A stretch of DNA of 63,841 bases, filler included, from Octopus bimaculoides (lineage: Eukaryota), in NCBI RefSeq assembly GCF_001194135.2. It is 4 parts of 3 records of this genome, joined end to end, with 100 filler letters (N's around TTAATTAATTAA, not from the genome) between each part and the next. Parts side by side here need not be neighbours in the genome. Positions count along the whole stretch, not along the records: positions 1 to 28,970 come from NC_069003.1; 3 more parts are not named here. The stretch is one strand, 5' to 3'. Below, in pieces: positions 1-12,000 of the stretch. Below the pieces are notes generated by a model, which saw only the letters and a program-made list of their open reading frames with translations, searched no databases and was not told where the DNA came from. Position 1 is the first letter of the stretch. Each line of letters starts with the position of its first letter. The translations under genes and the position numbers were made by a program.

Positions 1-1384
1 ATATATATATATATATACATGTATATATCTATAAATATATCTATAAATATATATATACATATATATATATATCTATAAATACATATATATATATATAAAT
101 ACATATATATATACATAAATATATATATATATATGGTGAGGAGGGGTGGATTTCTATTAGTTCTGATAAAGATTCTGCTGTTTGATCAACTGCATTACCC
201 ACTCTTAAATTAGCATATAAGTGGCTGAGTATTCCACAGACATATGTACCCTTACCCTTAATATAATTCTCAGGTAGGAGCAGTCTGACACAATGTGTGA
301 CAAAGTGTGACATGGCTGTATCTTTTGAATTACTGGTACAATCCACCAGACAGGCTTCCACATTGTTTCCATCAATCTGATTTCACTCACAAAGTGTGAG
401 TCAACTCGAAGATGTAGAAAATGACATTTACGTAAGCAGTCATAGAATGAGATTGAACTTAAAACCTCATAGCTGCAAAATGAACTTCTGAATCATTTGG
501 CCATAGGGCTTCCTTACTCACACACACACACAGACACATGGACGGACAAAGAAAAAGAATGGTTTAATTGTCAGAAATACACAAAGAAAAAGAATGGACA
601 CATCACACACCCACACATACAGAGTCATATATATATATACATTGAGACAGCTGTATATACAAATACAGACAGACACACACACAGTCACACGTACACACAT
701 TCATGGACAATCATAAAAATGTAGTTAAACAGTTGTACACAAAGACACACAAACATGAAGAAGCACACAAGAGTGATACATGTACACATTCAGAGACAGC
801 CATACAGACACACACACATACACTCAGACATTTGTATGCACAGATGCACACACACACACAAAGTCATACACGTACACAGTAGTACACATCCACACGCATA
901 CACAGTCATACATCCACACACATACAGTCATACATACACACACAAACAGTCGTACATACACACACAAACAGTCGTACATACACACACACAAACAGTCGTA
1001 CATACACACACACACAATGTGCACAGCTGGTGCAATGCAGATTGCTGATGATTATCTCAAAGTAATAAAATCATCTGTCATGGAGTCAATTAGATAACAA
1101 CAACAACAGCAAAATACGAAAATAATGACAAAAATATTAAGACAACAACAACAACAACGAGCATAAGATATTAAAACAACAACATTAAAGCCAGTAACTT
1201 TATTATAGAAAAATCTCAATAAATAATTTTCAATTTGTCTGGAATATGTTCCTAGTTGTGTTGTTGGTTGTGTTGTTTCTGTCATGATAACTGCTGATGT
1301 TGTAGTGGTTATCACTAATTGAAATTGTTGTTATGGTTGATGTTGTAGTCCATTATTTAACTAACTAACCCTAACCCTAACTTC

Positions 1385-2110
1385 ATCCAATTGGTCAAAA
1401 AAGTCATCAATATCACTGTGGTACTGCTTCCCAGCCAAGTGTGTTTTCATGTTAGGGAACAGATGATAATCAGATGGGGCCAAATCAAGAGAATAAGGTG
1501 AGTGATCAACCAGTTCAAAGCCACTGTCATGCACAGTAGCCACTGAAAGCAAGGACTTATGTGCTGGAGTATTGCCCTCATGAAACTAGATCCCTTTCAT
1601 CAGTTTTCCTGGGTGTTTGGTCTTGACAGCCTTTTGTAACTGCCTCAGCAAGTTGGCATATTACTCTCCATTGGTGATGTGGCCCTTTTGAAGATAGTCA
1701 ATAAACACAATGTCTTTAGCATCCCAAAACCTGGGGCCATCACTTACTTTATTAGAAGCAGGTGAGGAGGAGTGTTTCCACAATATGGATCGCCTCTTTG
1801 TGTCTGGCTCAAAGTGATGAACCCAACACTCATCCTGGGTTAGAAAATGTTCAAGGGTACCAGCTAGAGCTGTCTCAAACAATGCCAGATTTTCATGTGA
1901 TGTGATCAGCCCAGTACACTTTTGATCAAGTGTCAGAGGACATGGCACCCTTATCATGCTGAGTTCATTGTACAGAATATTCTCAACTCTCTTGTAGGAT
2001 ATGCTAATAGCATTAGTTATTCGATTAATAGTCAATCACTTGTCATCCATCACTATGTGGTCAACAAGGCCAATGTTTTCCTCAGTGGTGACAGTTGCGG
2101 GAAGTCCAAA
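1385..2110 (-). mobile_element. Decayed mariner (DD34D-type) transposase relic with frameshifts and stops
   Basis: Minus-strand translations give ATVTTEENIGLVDHIVMDD (helix-turn-helix region), LTQDECWVHHFEPDTK (DETW-like first Asp), FWDAKDIVFIDYLQKG, and HSPYSLDLAPSDYHLFPNMKTHLAG (mariner YSPDLAPSD motif). Confidence 0.92.
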
Positions 2111-2834
2111 ACGTCTGGCCTTGTGCCTAAAATTTGAAATCAATATTAACCAAACCATAACTAGCTTCCTTGGGATATTGAGCTTCACTGAAGAACACAT
2201 TGTATTACAAGGAACTAAAGAAGGAATGACAGCACCACCACAAACAGAAACACTTAGGAATATCTTTTAATCAGGAGAGATGGCAATGCACCTGACTCTT
2301 TACAGAACTTCTGAGACTGGTGGTACAGAAGGAAGATTCCTTAAACAAGAGCTCTGGCTTGAATGCTTGCAACAGAGTGGACTCATCTGCTGAAGGTACC
2401 CAAGGGTGCCAGGCAGTGGCTTTAAACAAGACAATGAGGTATTCCCCCCAATGTATGAAACCAGGCAATTACACCACAGTTTTCATGAAAAGCAAAGATG
2501 CCTAAACACAATCACTACAACTGCCAAGAAAGATTAGGACACCATCAACACTACTGCTACCAACATCATACCCACCAGAGCTTATAAAACTGGAACACTA
2601 TTATCACCACTACCAAAAGAGATAGGACACCATCACTATCATGACCAAAGCAGATAGAACATTACCACCACCATCACTACTACACTTCTATGTACATGAT
2701 CTCATTCTTCACACCTCCCTAATCTCCTGCATACGCATACAGACATCTTTGGGGGTCTGTCACATATAAGTTTATTGTTTTTGTAGTAAGCTATGAAATT
2801 CTTACATTCTCTCAAATTTCCTGTAATTCAGACT

Positions 2835-3075
2835 GCTTCATGGTCCCAGCAGACAAAATGGGAAATGAGCTGCCTCAGAAGATGGTAAGAGAGATGTGCT
2901 GTGACAACCGATCTAACTCATGGGGTTTGCACTTGCGGATAGCCATCTCCACTCTGATAGCAGTGAGCAGGGATATGGTCCAGGGGACTGAGAGCTCTGG
3001 CTGAAGGTCTCCACTGCCACAGGCTCAAACCATAAACCTGTCAGAAAGCGACCAATACTTTGACATCAATCAACA
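2835..3075 (-). mobile_element. C-terminal restriction-like endonuclease end of a CRE-like non-LTR retrotransposon (relic)
   Basis: With frameshifts, the minus strand reads KYWSLSDRFM/FEPVAVETF ... RLSQHISLTIF*GSSFPILSAGT. This resembles the KY..L...Y.F.PVAVET.G ... QRISIA.QRGNA..ILGT end typical of CRE-type elements. Confidence 0.6.
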
Positions 3076-3589
3076 AAACAGTGTCCTTTGTTATATCAAC
3101 AGTGGGATCATAAAAACATCCTGTGACGAAGACATAAAAACCCAGTCAGGGTTAGAGCTTTGCAATATGCCATATTTTAACATCAAACAACATCCTAACT
3201 CAGATCAAGGATATGAAGAGATGATAGGACTTGCTATCATTGATGAATCTTTCATAGTGACTGTGTATAAAAAAACTGATGGAATTGTACTCCAAAGTAC
3301 AACAACACTGCCTCTGCCAAATAATAAAGTACGACACCAGTATCACTGCCAAATAAAGTACATCACCAGCACCACTGATTGTTTAATATAGAATAACATT
3401 GTGGGGTAGGTGTGAGAGCCTGAATCTGGTCTGTTTGAAGATAAAACAAATGGAATGGCCGGTTTAAATGCTAAAGGGTTAAAATGACTATGTATGATGT
3501 CCAGCAAGGAGTAAAACTCATTGAGTTTTCTATTCCAGTGAAAGATCAATTATTCAGGCTCAGAGAAAATACTGGCAACATTTTTCTGT

Positions 3590-3921
3590 CAGAGTATCTC
3601 CTAGCAATAACATGATTCAGAACCTAATCACCCAGTTTGGAAGAACTGGATCAGTCAGGGATCTTCCAGGAAGAGGTATTAACGCACTGTGTGCACGAGC
3701 ACAGCAGTGGAAGCTGTATGGCAGAGTGTCCTTGAGGATTCATCAGCCTCTACCCATCATCACTTTGCTCAATTAAGAATCACCAGAACATCGCTTCAGA
3801 AGATTCTGAAACTGGATTTTAAAATGTTTCCATCCAAATAAAATAACAAAATATAAAAATCATGTGTTTGTAAAAGTTACTTCTGTTTTATATCATTCAG
3901 TTTTTCAATGGCCACCCTATA
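3590..3921 (+). mobile_element. Internally deleted maT/rosa-like (Tc1/mariner superfamily) relic
   Basis: Translates to PSNNMIQNLITQFGRTGSVRDLPGRG...SVLEDSSAST...QLRITRTSLQKILKLDFKMFPSK (N-terminal DNA-binding region) and ends in GGCCACCCTATA, a TIR-like end plus TA. Confidence 0.65.
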
Positions 3922-5225
3922 TTTATAAGCATGCAAACACATACATATATACATACATACACATACATACGTATATATTTATAAGCATGTACACACATAC
4001 ATATATACATACATACACATACATACGTATATATTTATAAGCATGTAAACACATACAAATATACATACACATACGTATATATTTATAAGCATGTAAACAC
4101 ATATACAAACATACACATACATGTATATATTTATAAGCATATAAACACATACATATATACATACATACACACGTATATATTTATAAACATGTAAACACAT
4201 ACATACATATATATATATATATGTGTGTGTGTATGTGTGTGCAAATATCATCTGAGAACGCATGGAAAATGAACCTCCACCAACTATTCTGCCTATATGT
4301 CTGTGCACACCTTTGAATGCAGTGTATGCCAGTAGATTTGCAAATCCAGCAGAGACCTCAAAAGACATTTTAAGATCTACAAAGAGCAGAACTTATCGGC
4401 AGCTCTTGGCGGTCCAAATCGGAGGTGCAATCTGTGTGGGTGTCTTTTCAGAACATTGTCAGATGCCATGATGGTGCTAAGGTATAGGTACAGGAGGTGG
4501 TCAAACTCTGCATAAGGAGTAGGCAACCACCATATATGTGTATACATACATAGATACATACATATATACATACACATGCATATATTTATAAACATGTAAA
4601 CACAAACATATACATACATACATATACATACGTATATATTTATAAGCATGTAAACATATACACATATACAAANNNNNNNNNNNNNNNNNNNNNNNNNNNN
4701 NNNNNNNNNNNNNNNNNNNNNNNNNNNNNNNNNNNNNNNNNNNNNNNNNNNNNNNNNNNNNNNNNNNNNNNNNNNNNNNNNNNNNNNNNNNNNNNNNNNN
4801 NNNNNNNNNNNNNNNNNNNNNNNNNNNNNNNNNNNNNNNNNNNNNNNNNNNNNNNNNNNNNNNNNNNNACATACATACATATATATAAATTTATAAACAT
4901 GTAAACACATACATATATATATACACACATACATATTTATAAGCTTGTCAACACATACATATATACATACATACACATACATACGTATATATTTATAAGC
5001 TTGTAAACACATACATACATACACATACATATGGATATATTTATAAATATTTAAACACATACACATATACATACATACACACATATTTATAAGCATGTAA
5101 ACACATATATACATACATACATACAAACAAACACATGTATATATTCATAAACATATAAACACATACATATATATATGCATACTTACATATATACACACAC
5201 ATATACATATGTATATTTATATACA
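3918..5225. repeat. About 40-55 bp AT-rich minisatellite with core TATATTTATAAGCATGTAAACACATAC, interrupted by a LINE fragment and a gap
   Basis: The core recurs more than 10 times at 3918-4200 and 4530-5225 with variable (CATA)n linkers. Confidence 0.9.
4245..4532 (+). mobile_element. 3' end of a LINE carrying decayed C2H2 zinc fingers
   Basis: A single plus frame reads KYHLRTHGK*TSTNYSAYMSVHTFECSVCQ*ICKSSRDLKRHFKIYKEQNLSAALGGPNRRCNLCGCLFRTLSD, with two in-frame stops and no TGEKP linkers. Confidence 0.65.
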
Positions 5226-5582
5226 CACAAGCTGACAATGAGTATGTGTATAAAAGCTACAAGAAACTGTTTTCTAAATGAAACAATGAAACAAAAAAAA
5301 AAACCTACAAAAACTGATTCCGTACAATATTTTAACAACCAATAAAACAAGAAAATAGACACAAACTAATTTCCGGAAAATTCTTTTTAACATCAATCAA
5401 TAGAACCAAATTTTTGACAATGTCTATTAAAGAATTTTCACCACCAACACCACCACCATCTCTCTCACTATCTTTTGCTTTCTATTTTTTTTTTTTTCGA
5501 CAAGTTAGCACTTCAAGAGGTACCTGCAAATGGTTTCATAAGACAAGACAGCACAGCACTCACACTGAAGTAATTTCATCCG

Positions 5583-5659
<77 letters not shown>

Positions 5660-6187
5660 ATGTGTGTGTGTATATTTACATATATATATATATGTAATGT
5701 GTATATATGTGTGTATATACATATATATGTATATACATATGTATATATATGTGTGTATATATATATANNNNNNNNNNNNNNNNNNNNNNNNNNNNNNNNN
5801 NNNNNNNNNNNNNNNNNNNNNNNNNNNNNNNNNNNNNNNNNNNNNNNNNNNNNNNNNNNNNNNNNNNNNNNNNNNNNNNNNNNNNNNNNNNNNNNNNNNN
5901 NNNNNNNNNNNNNNNNNNNNNNNNNNNNNNNNNNNNNNNNNNNNNNNNNNNNNNNNNNNNNNNNNNNNNNNNNNNNNNNNNNNNNNNNNNNNNNNNNNNN
6001 NNNNNNNNNNNNNNNNNNNNNNNNNNNNNNNNNNNNNNNNNNNNNNNNNNNNNNNNNNNNNNNNNNNNNNNNNNNNNNNNNNNNNNNNNNNNNNNNNNNN
6101 NNNNNNNNNNNNNNNNNNNNNNNNNNNNNNNNNNNNNNNNNNNNNNNNNNNNNNNNNNNNNNNNNNCCGTACTAAAATTAAGAGAAG

Positions 6188-6442
6188 TTAAGAATTTCAG
6201 TTGAAAGATCCATAGAATTCAATGTATTTTTTTTTTAATATATAAATGGTATATAAGATATATAAAACAATTCGAGAAAGTCCACTTTCTATGGCTGTTT
6301 CCAGAGTTCATGACCTGGTAGAAAAATTAATAGAAATGTTACAAACCATGCGGACAATGTCCCTTTCATCAGGAAAGGTATCCTCATAGAGTCACATTCC
6401 TGACACATTGAATTCTATGGATCTTTTAACTGAAATTCCTAA
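6188..6442. mobile_element. MITE-like element with 34-bp inverted repeats
   Basis: 6192-6225 GAATTTCAGTTGAAAGATCCATAGAATTCAATGT is the reverse complement of 6405-6438 with 1 mismatch. Confidence 0.8.
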
Positions 6443-6558
6443 CACAAATTATTGCAGCACGTGTACTACAGCAATATTATGTCTAGCTTTGATACTGAGA
6501 TTGAAAAGCAGGGGTGAATTATGCCTACCTAATCTACAAAAAAATAAAATATTTTGTT

Positions 6559-6834
6559 TACGATGAAAGTAAACAAAGTTTGTTTTTTTTAGAAGCGTTG
6601 AGATGTATTGAAAGATAGAGAAATAAATTTTTTTTTATTCTCAAATGCGTGATAATGCTAATAAATAGCGTGATTGGGATAAATTATCCATACATTGCAG
6701 AAAAATACGTTACCGGCCAGCCATGAGACTCGAACTCACATCCCTGTGATTACACATCAAGTGCTTTACCATTATCTTTCAATACATCTCAACGCTTCTA
6801 AAAAAACAAACTTTGTTTGTTTACTTTCATTGTA
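6559..6834. mobile_element. MITE-like element with about 60-bp inverted repeats enclosing a tRNA-like segment
   Basis: 6559-6617 and 6773-6834 are near-perfect reverse complements (one short TTTG indel). The minus strand of about 6705-6772 reads TGGTAAAGCACTTGATGTGTAATCACAGGGATGTGAGTTCGAGTCTCATGGCTGG. Confidence 0.8.
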
Positions 6835-7989
6835 AGTTGAATTTAACGTTAGCGTCTTATGAAGCTAAATTTATAAATATATAACAATGTGAACAGGTAA
6901 GCATTGAATTTGGCAGATTAATCTGAGCGCTAAAGGGTTAACGTCTGTTTTCCATACTGGCATGGTTGGATAGTTTGACAGGAGGACTGCATCATGCTCC
7001 ACTGTCTGCTTTGCCATGGTTTCTGCAGCTGAATACACTTGCTAATGCTAACCACTTTGCAGGGCATACCGGGTGCTTCTTACATAACCAGCAGTAGGTC
7101 ACCCACATAACTCCTAAGAGAGGGCCCTCTCAACCAAGTTGTGGGGTGTAGTATTGAGAGAGGTGGCTATATGCCAGGTGATGAGCACACACATGTTTAG
7201 TGACCTGGAGCTAAACATCATCATCATCATAATTAACATCAATACCCAACATAGGTATGAGACCCTAAATATGGGGGAAGAGCATAGTTGGCTTAAATAA
7301 ACCCCAGTTAATCTGACTATGTACTTAACTTGTACTCTGTTACTGATTTCAGTTGTTGGATTGTGACCAAGCTGGTGCACTGCCTGCAAGGGTCCATTTT
7401 GTTAAGTATGGTACTTGTTCTGTTTGGTATTTTAGCTGAGCTGGTAAGTTACAGGGATGTAAACAAACAAACACTGTCTGTCAAGTGACATTACATAAAA
7501 ATGTATTACAGAGAGATAAATGCAAATATACAGAATCACACACACATACACTGAGCAGCATCAATTTAATGTCTACTTATCATGCTTGCAAGGGTCAAGA
7601 TTAATTCTTTGAGACAAATTCCCAACAGTCATAAGCACTTCGTGTTGCCAACCCTCACCCATTTCCAAGTAAAATAATATTTCCTCTTGGCTGGATATGT
7701 TTTCATAGAAGACTAGAAACAAGGGGCAGCATTTACATGACAGTGACACTTGCTTACAACTAACCAGCCATAGAAATATCTGCCTCAACAAATTCCATAT
7801 GAACCATGCAAGCATAGACAAGTGGATGTTAAATGATCACACACACATGGTGCCTGTCATAACAGAATTGGGATCCTAAAACCAAGGTGTCACATAAAAA
7901 CCATTGGTGTGGGTGATGATGGTGTCTCATAAAAAGCACCTGGTGATGGTGTTATGTAAAAAGCACCCAACAGACTCTGTAAGCCAATC

Positions 7990-8400
7990 ACATCAAACCC
8001 CAGTGTGTAACCGGTACTTATTTAATCAACCCCAAAAGGACGAAAGGGAAAGTTGACCTTGGTGGAATTTGAACTCGGGACGTAAAGATGGTCAAAATAC
8101 CACTAAGCAGTTTGCCCGGCGTGCTAACAATTCTGCCAGCTCACCACCTTAATAATAATAATGATAATAATAATAACAATAATAGTTTCAATTTTGGCAC
8201 AAGGTCAGCAAGTTCAGGAGAGTGTGTAAGTTTACATTGACCTCAATGCACAACTGGTACTTATTTTACTCATCATGAAAGGATGAAAGGCAAAACTGAC
8301 TTTGGAGGAATTTGAACTCAGAATGTAGAGACAGACAAACTGCCACTAAGCATTTTGCCTGGCGTGCTAGCAATTCTGCCAGATCACCTCCTTAGATAAT
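7990..8400 (-). mobile_element. Two tandem copies of SINE family C separated by (AAT)n
   Basis: Both copies match the GAGCTGGCAGAAT.GTTAGCACGCC...GAGTTCAAATTCC.CC.AGGTC.ACTTT pattern on the minus strand. Confidence 0.85.
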
Positions 8401-9210
8401 GATAATAATAATAATAATAATAATAATGATAAATTTAACAATAACACTAACAACAATAAGAAGTAAAACAGCAGTCATAAGAAAGACAGCAGTAGTCATT
8501 GGTAAATGTATATCATAGAGCAACAGAGAAACTCTTCAGTCAGAAGGAGGAAAAGATCGGACCGATTTCCCCGAAGGAGTAAATGGCAAAGGGAGGAATG
8601 GGGGGGGGAGAGAAGGAAAGGAAGAGAGTCTGTGAGCAGAAACTCAACACTTTCAGCAGAATACATTGATTCCGTATCAGAAATGGTTATTGGCTTTTTG
8701 TAGCTTAGGTTCTCTTCATCACCAACAGCAGCAGCAACAACAGTGGTAGTAATAGTAGCAGCAGCACTAAACACACACACCCATGCATCTGCATACAAAG
8801 GTGCCTCTAACCTCACACACACACATACAGGCATCTATGGGAAAACACACACACACACACACAAGATTAATTTTCTAAGACAATACAACTACAAACACAC
8901 ACAGAGGAACATGTTCTAAAAGGATTCTAATCTCATACAAACACACAAGTTCCTATACATACCTATACACACATATACATACACACACATACAGATCAGT
9001 GTTGAAAATACACATGCCTAAGAGGTGTGTGAAGCATAAAAACATCTTTACCCTCATACACACACGAATCTTTGGAAACCATACATAGACATACATTTTA
9101 TATAAAATGCACACAAGCAATATTTATATACAACATCACCTAGCAATGCACTTATTTTGTATTATATACCCACATCGAATCTTTGTGATCACATACATAT
9201 ATATATATAC

Positions 9211-9655
9211 TCTTTTACTCTTTTACTTGTTTCAGTCATTTGACTGCGGCCATGCTGGAGCACCGCCTTTAGTCGAGCAAATCGACCCCAGGACTTATTC
9301 TTTGGAAACCTAGTACTTATTCTATCGGTCTCTTTTGCCGAACCNNNNNNNNNNNNNNNNNNNNNNNNNNNNNNNNNNNNNNNNNNNNNNNNNNNNNNNN
9401 NNNNNCTAAGTTACAGGGACATAAACACACCAGCATCGGTTGTCAAGCGATGTTGGCGGGACAAACACAGACGCACAAACACATACACACATACATATAT
9501 ATATATATATACATATATACGACGGGCTTCTGTCAGTTTCTGTCTCCCAAATCCACTCACAAGGCTTTGGTCGGCCCGAGGCTATAGTAGAAGACACTTG
9601 CCCAAGGTGCCATGTGGTTGGTAAACAAGCTACTTACCACACAGCCACTCCTGCG
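9211..9655 (-). mobile_element. SINE family A (tRNA-derived head, internal TA/CA microsatellite, TAAAAGAG tail), contains a gap
   Basis: The reverse complement of the complete copies at 43240 and 44620; most CpGs are retained. Confidence 0.92.
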
Positions 9656-9954
9656 TAGTTGTATACACACTTTGTATAAAACACATACATACTCATCATA
9701 ATCATTGTTGTGACATCTAACTTTCTTGGCTTACACGGGTCAGACAAAGTTGGAGGCAGATTTTTTATGACCAATGCCTTTCCTGTCACCAACCCTCACC
9801 TGTTTCCAAGTAAGATTATATTTCCTCATGGCCAGACATGTTTTTACGGAAGATTGGAAATGAGCATCACTACCTGTATGGCAGTGACACTCACTCAAAC
9901 TATCACAGAATGTCAAGACAAGGAGACATAAACACACACACAATTATTTTTTTA

Positions 9955-10460
9955 TCTTTTATCTGTTTCAGTCATGAAACTGTGGCCAAGCTGGGGCACT
10001 GCCTTGAAGAAATTTAGTCAAATGAATGGACCCCAGTACTTATTTTGTTAAAGGGTGGTACTTATTCTATCAGTCTCTTTTGTCAAACTGCTAAGTTACA
10101 GGGATGTAAACGCACCAATACTGGTTGTCAAGTGGTGGTGGGGGACAAACACAGATACAAAGACACAAACACACACATATATGACAGGCTTCTTTCAGTT
10201 TCTGTCTGTCAAATCCACTGACAAGGCTTGGGTCAGCCAGGGACTATAGCAGAAGACACTTGCCCAAGGTGCCATGCAGTGGGACTGAACCCGGAACCAT
10301 GTGATTGGGAAGCATATACAACAGGTTTCTTTCAGTTTTAATCTACCAAAATCCACAAACAAGGATTTGGGCAGTGCCCGGATGCAGTAGAAGACACTTG
10401 CCTGAGGTGCCAGGCAGTAGGACTGAACCCAAACCACGTGATTAGGAAGTAAATTTTTCA
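9955..10460 (-). mobile_element. Older SINE family A copy plus an extra tandem 5' half
   Basis: Same motifs as other family A copies (GAAGACACTTGCCCAAGGTGCC, GGGACTGAACCC); CpGs are eroded. Confidence 0.85.
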
Positions 10461-10585
10461 ACCAATGCCTTCATCTAATTTGCATAAAACACACACACCT
10501 ACACACACAAAACCTCTGCAAGCACACAGTCACCCACGAATGGTCTGAAACAACCCCAATGAAACACACCCAGAAAATTATTAGT

Positions 10586-10854
10586 TTAACCTTTCGTGAC
10601 CATATTCCTCATGAAATTCCCAAAGTATTAATGCTTCAATTAGTTTTTAAAATAATTAAGAATTTAGGAAGTTTTAATACAATAACTTTTTTCATTAACG
10701 AGCTAACATTCGGAACCTTAATTAACAAAACGTTCTTATGTAAAATTACAGTGGAAAGGTTTTAAATTTAAATATAAACACTTTGAAACAGGGAGGTCTT
10801 GTATGATGGAGCCGGAGGTGGTGGTCAAGGGTGGGTTGGTGCCAAAAGAGTTAA
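10586..10854. mobile_element. piggyBac-like MITE relic
   Basis: TTAA at both ends and diverged short TIRs (CCTTTCGTGACC / GGTGCCAAAAGAG). Related ends (AAAGGGTTAA) occur at about 3480 and 6935. Confidence 0.5.
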
Positions 10855-11044
10855 AACATAACCAGGAGATTACGCAAACACACAGGCTTACGTTATTGAA
10901 AACATGAAAGTATCAAATGCATACAAAAACACACCCATCCACACACACACACTATTTGTCAAATACAAACTTCACATTCACACAGACAACAAATGAATGT
11001 ATAAGTGTGCAAGTATGTGTGTAATGTATCTTTATTTTTTTAAT

Positions 11045-11390
11045 CTTTTTTTTACTTGTTTCAGCTATTAGATCGCGGCCATGCTGGGGCACCACCTTGA
11101 AGNNNNNNNNNNCTGACTGTTAAGTTACGGGGACGTTAACATACCAACACTGGTTGTCAAATGGTGGTGGGGGACAATCACAGACACAATGACACACACA
11201 CATTATCTATCTATCTATCTATCTATCTATACACACACACACACACACATATATGATTGGCCTCTTTTAGTTTCTGCCACTCACAATGCTTTGGCCAGCC
11301 TTGGGCTATAGTAGAATACACTTGCCCAAGGTGCCAAGCAGTGAGACTGAACCTGGAACCAAACGGTTGGAAAGCAAGCTTCTTAGTACA
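11045..11390 (-). mobile_element. SINE family A, older copy
   Basis: Family A motifs with an internal (ATCT)n/(CA)n run. Confidence 0.85.
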
Positions 11391-11969
11391 CATACGTTCA
11401 CACTGTCGTTACAATATCCACTTCTCTGTGCTTGTATGGGTAGAGCAATACACATCGAAGATGTGTCGCCAACCCTCACCTATTTCCAAGCAAGGTAATA
11501 TTTCTCCCTGACCAAACATGTTTTCATGGAAGACTGGAAACAAATGACAGCTCTTGTATGGCAGTAATGCTTATTTTACAGCCCATAATGTGATGTCAAG
11601 CAAAGGAGACAATAAACACATAATACTATCACACATAAAGGGCTTCTTTCTGTTTGTGTCAACCAAATCTACTCATAAGTATTTGGTCAGTCTGGGGCTT
11701 ATAGTAAAAGACACTTACCCAAAGTGCTATCCATTGAGACTGAACCTGAAAACGTGATTGGGAAGTAATAGTGTTTTTTTTTAATTCCAATCACAAGGCA
11801 TTAGTCAACAAAGAAAAAAATAAAAGAAAAAAATTACGCAATGTACAGTAAAATCGAACCGAGAACTACCTGGTTGTGAAGCAAATATTTTAACAACACA
11901 GCCATGCCTGCACATGTAAGAGGCAGTTGTTTTGTAAGATAAACATAAAACAAAAAGCAAGCAATTTTC

Positions 11970-12000
<31 letters not shown>

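Noticed and set aside
1361-1381. Interstitial telomere (CCCTAA repeats)
   Set aside because: Only about 2.5 units, too short to distinguish from chance.
4245-4532. Host C2H2 zinc-finger gene
   Set aside because: Two in-frame stops, non-Kruppel spacing and a truncated start; better explained as a retro-element tail.
8496-8834. 112-aa minus ORF and 65-aa plus ORF as exons
   Set aside because: Low-complexity purine-rich sequence with no recognisable domain and no convincing splice sites.
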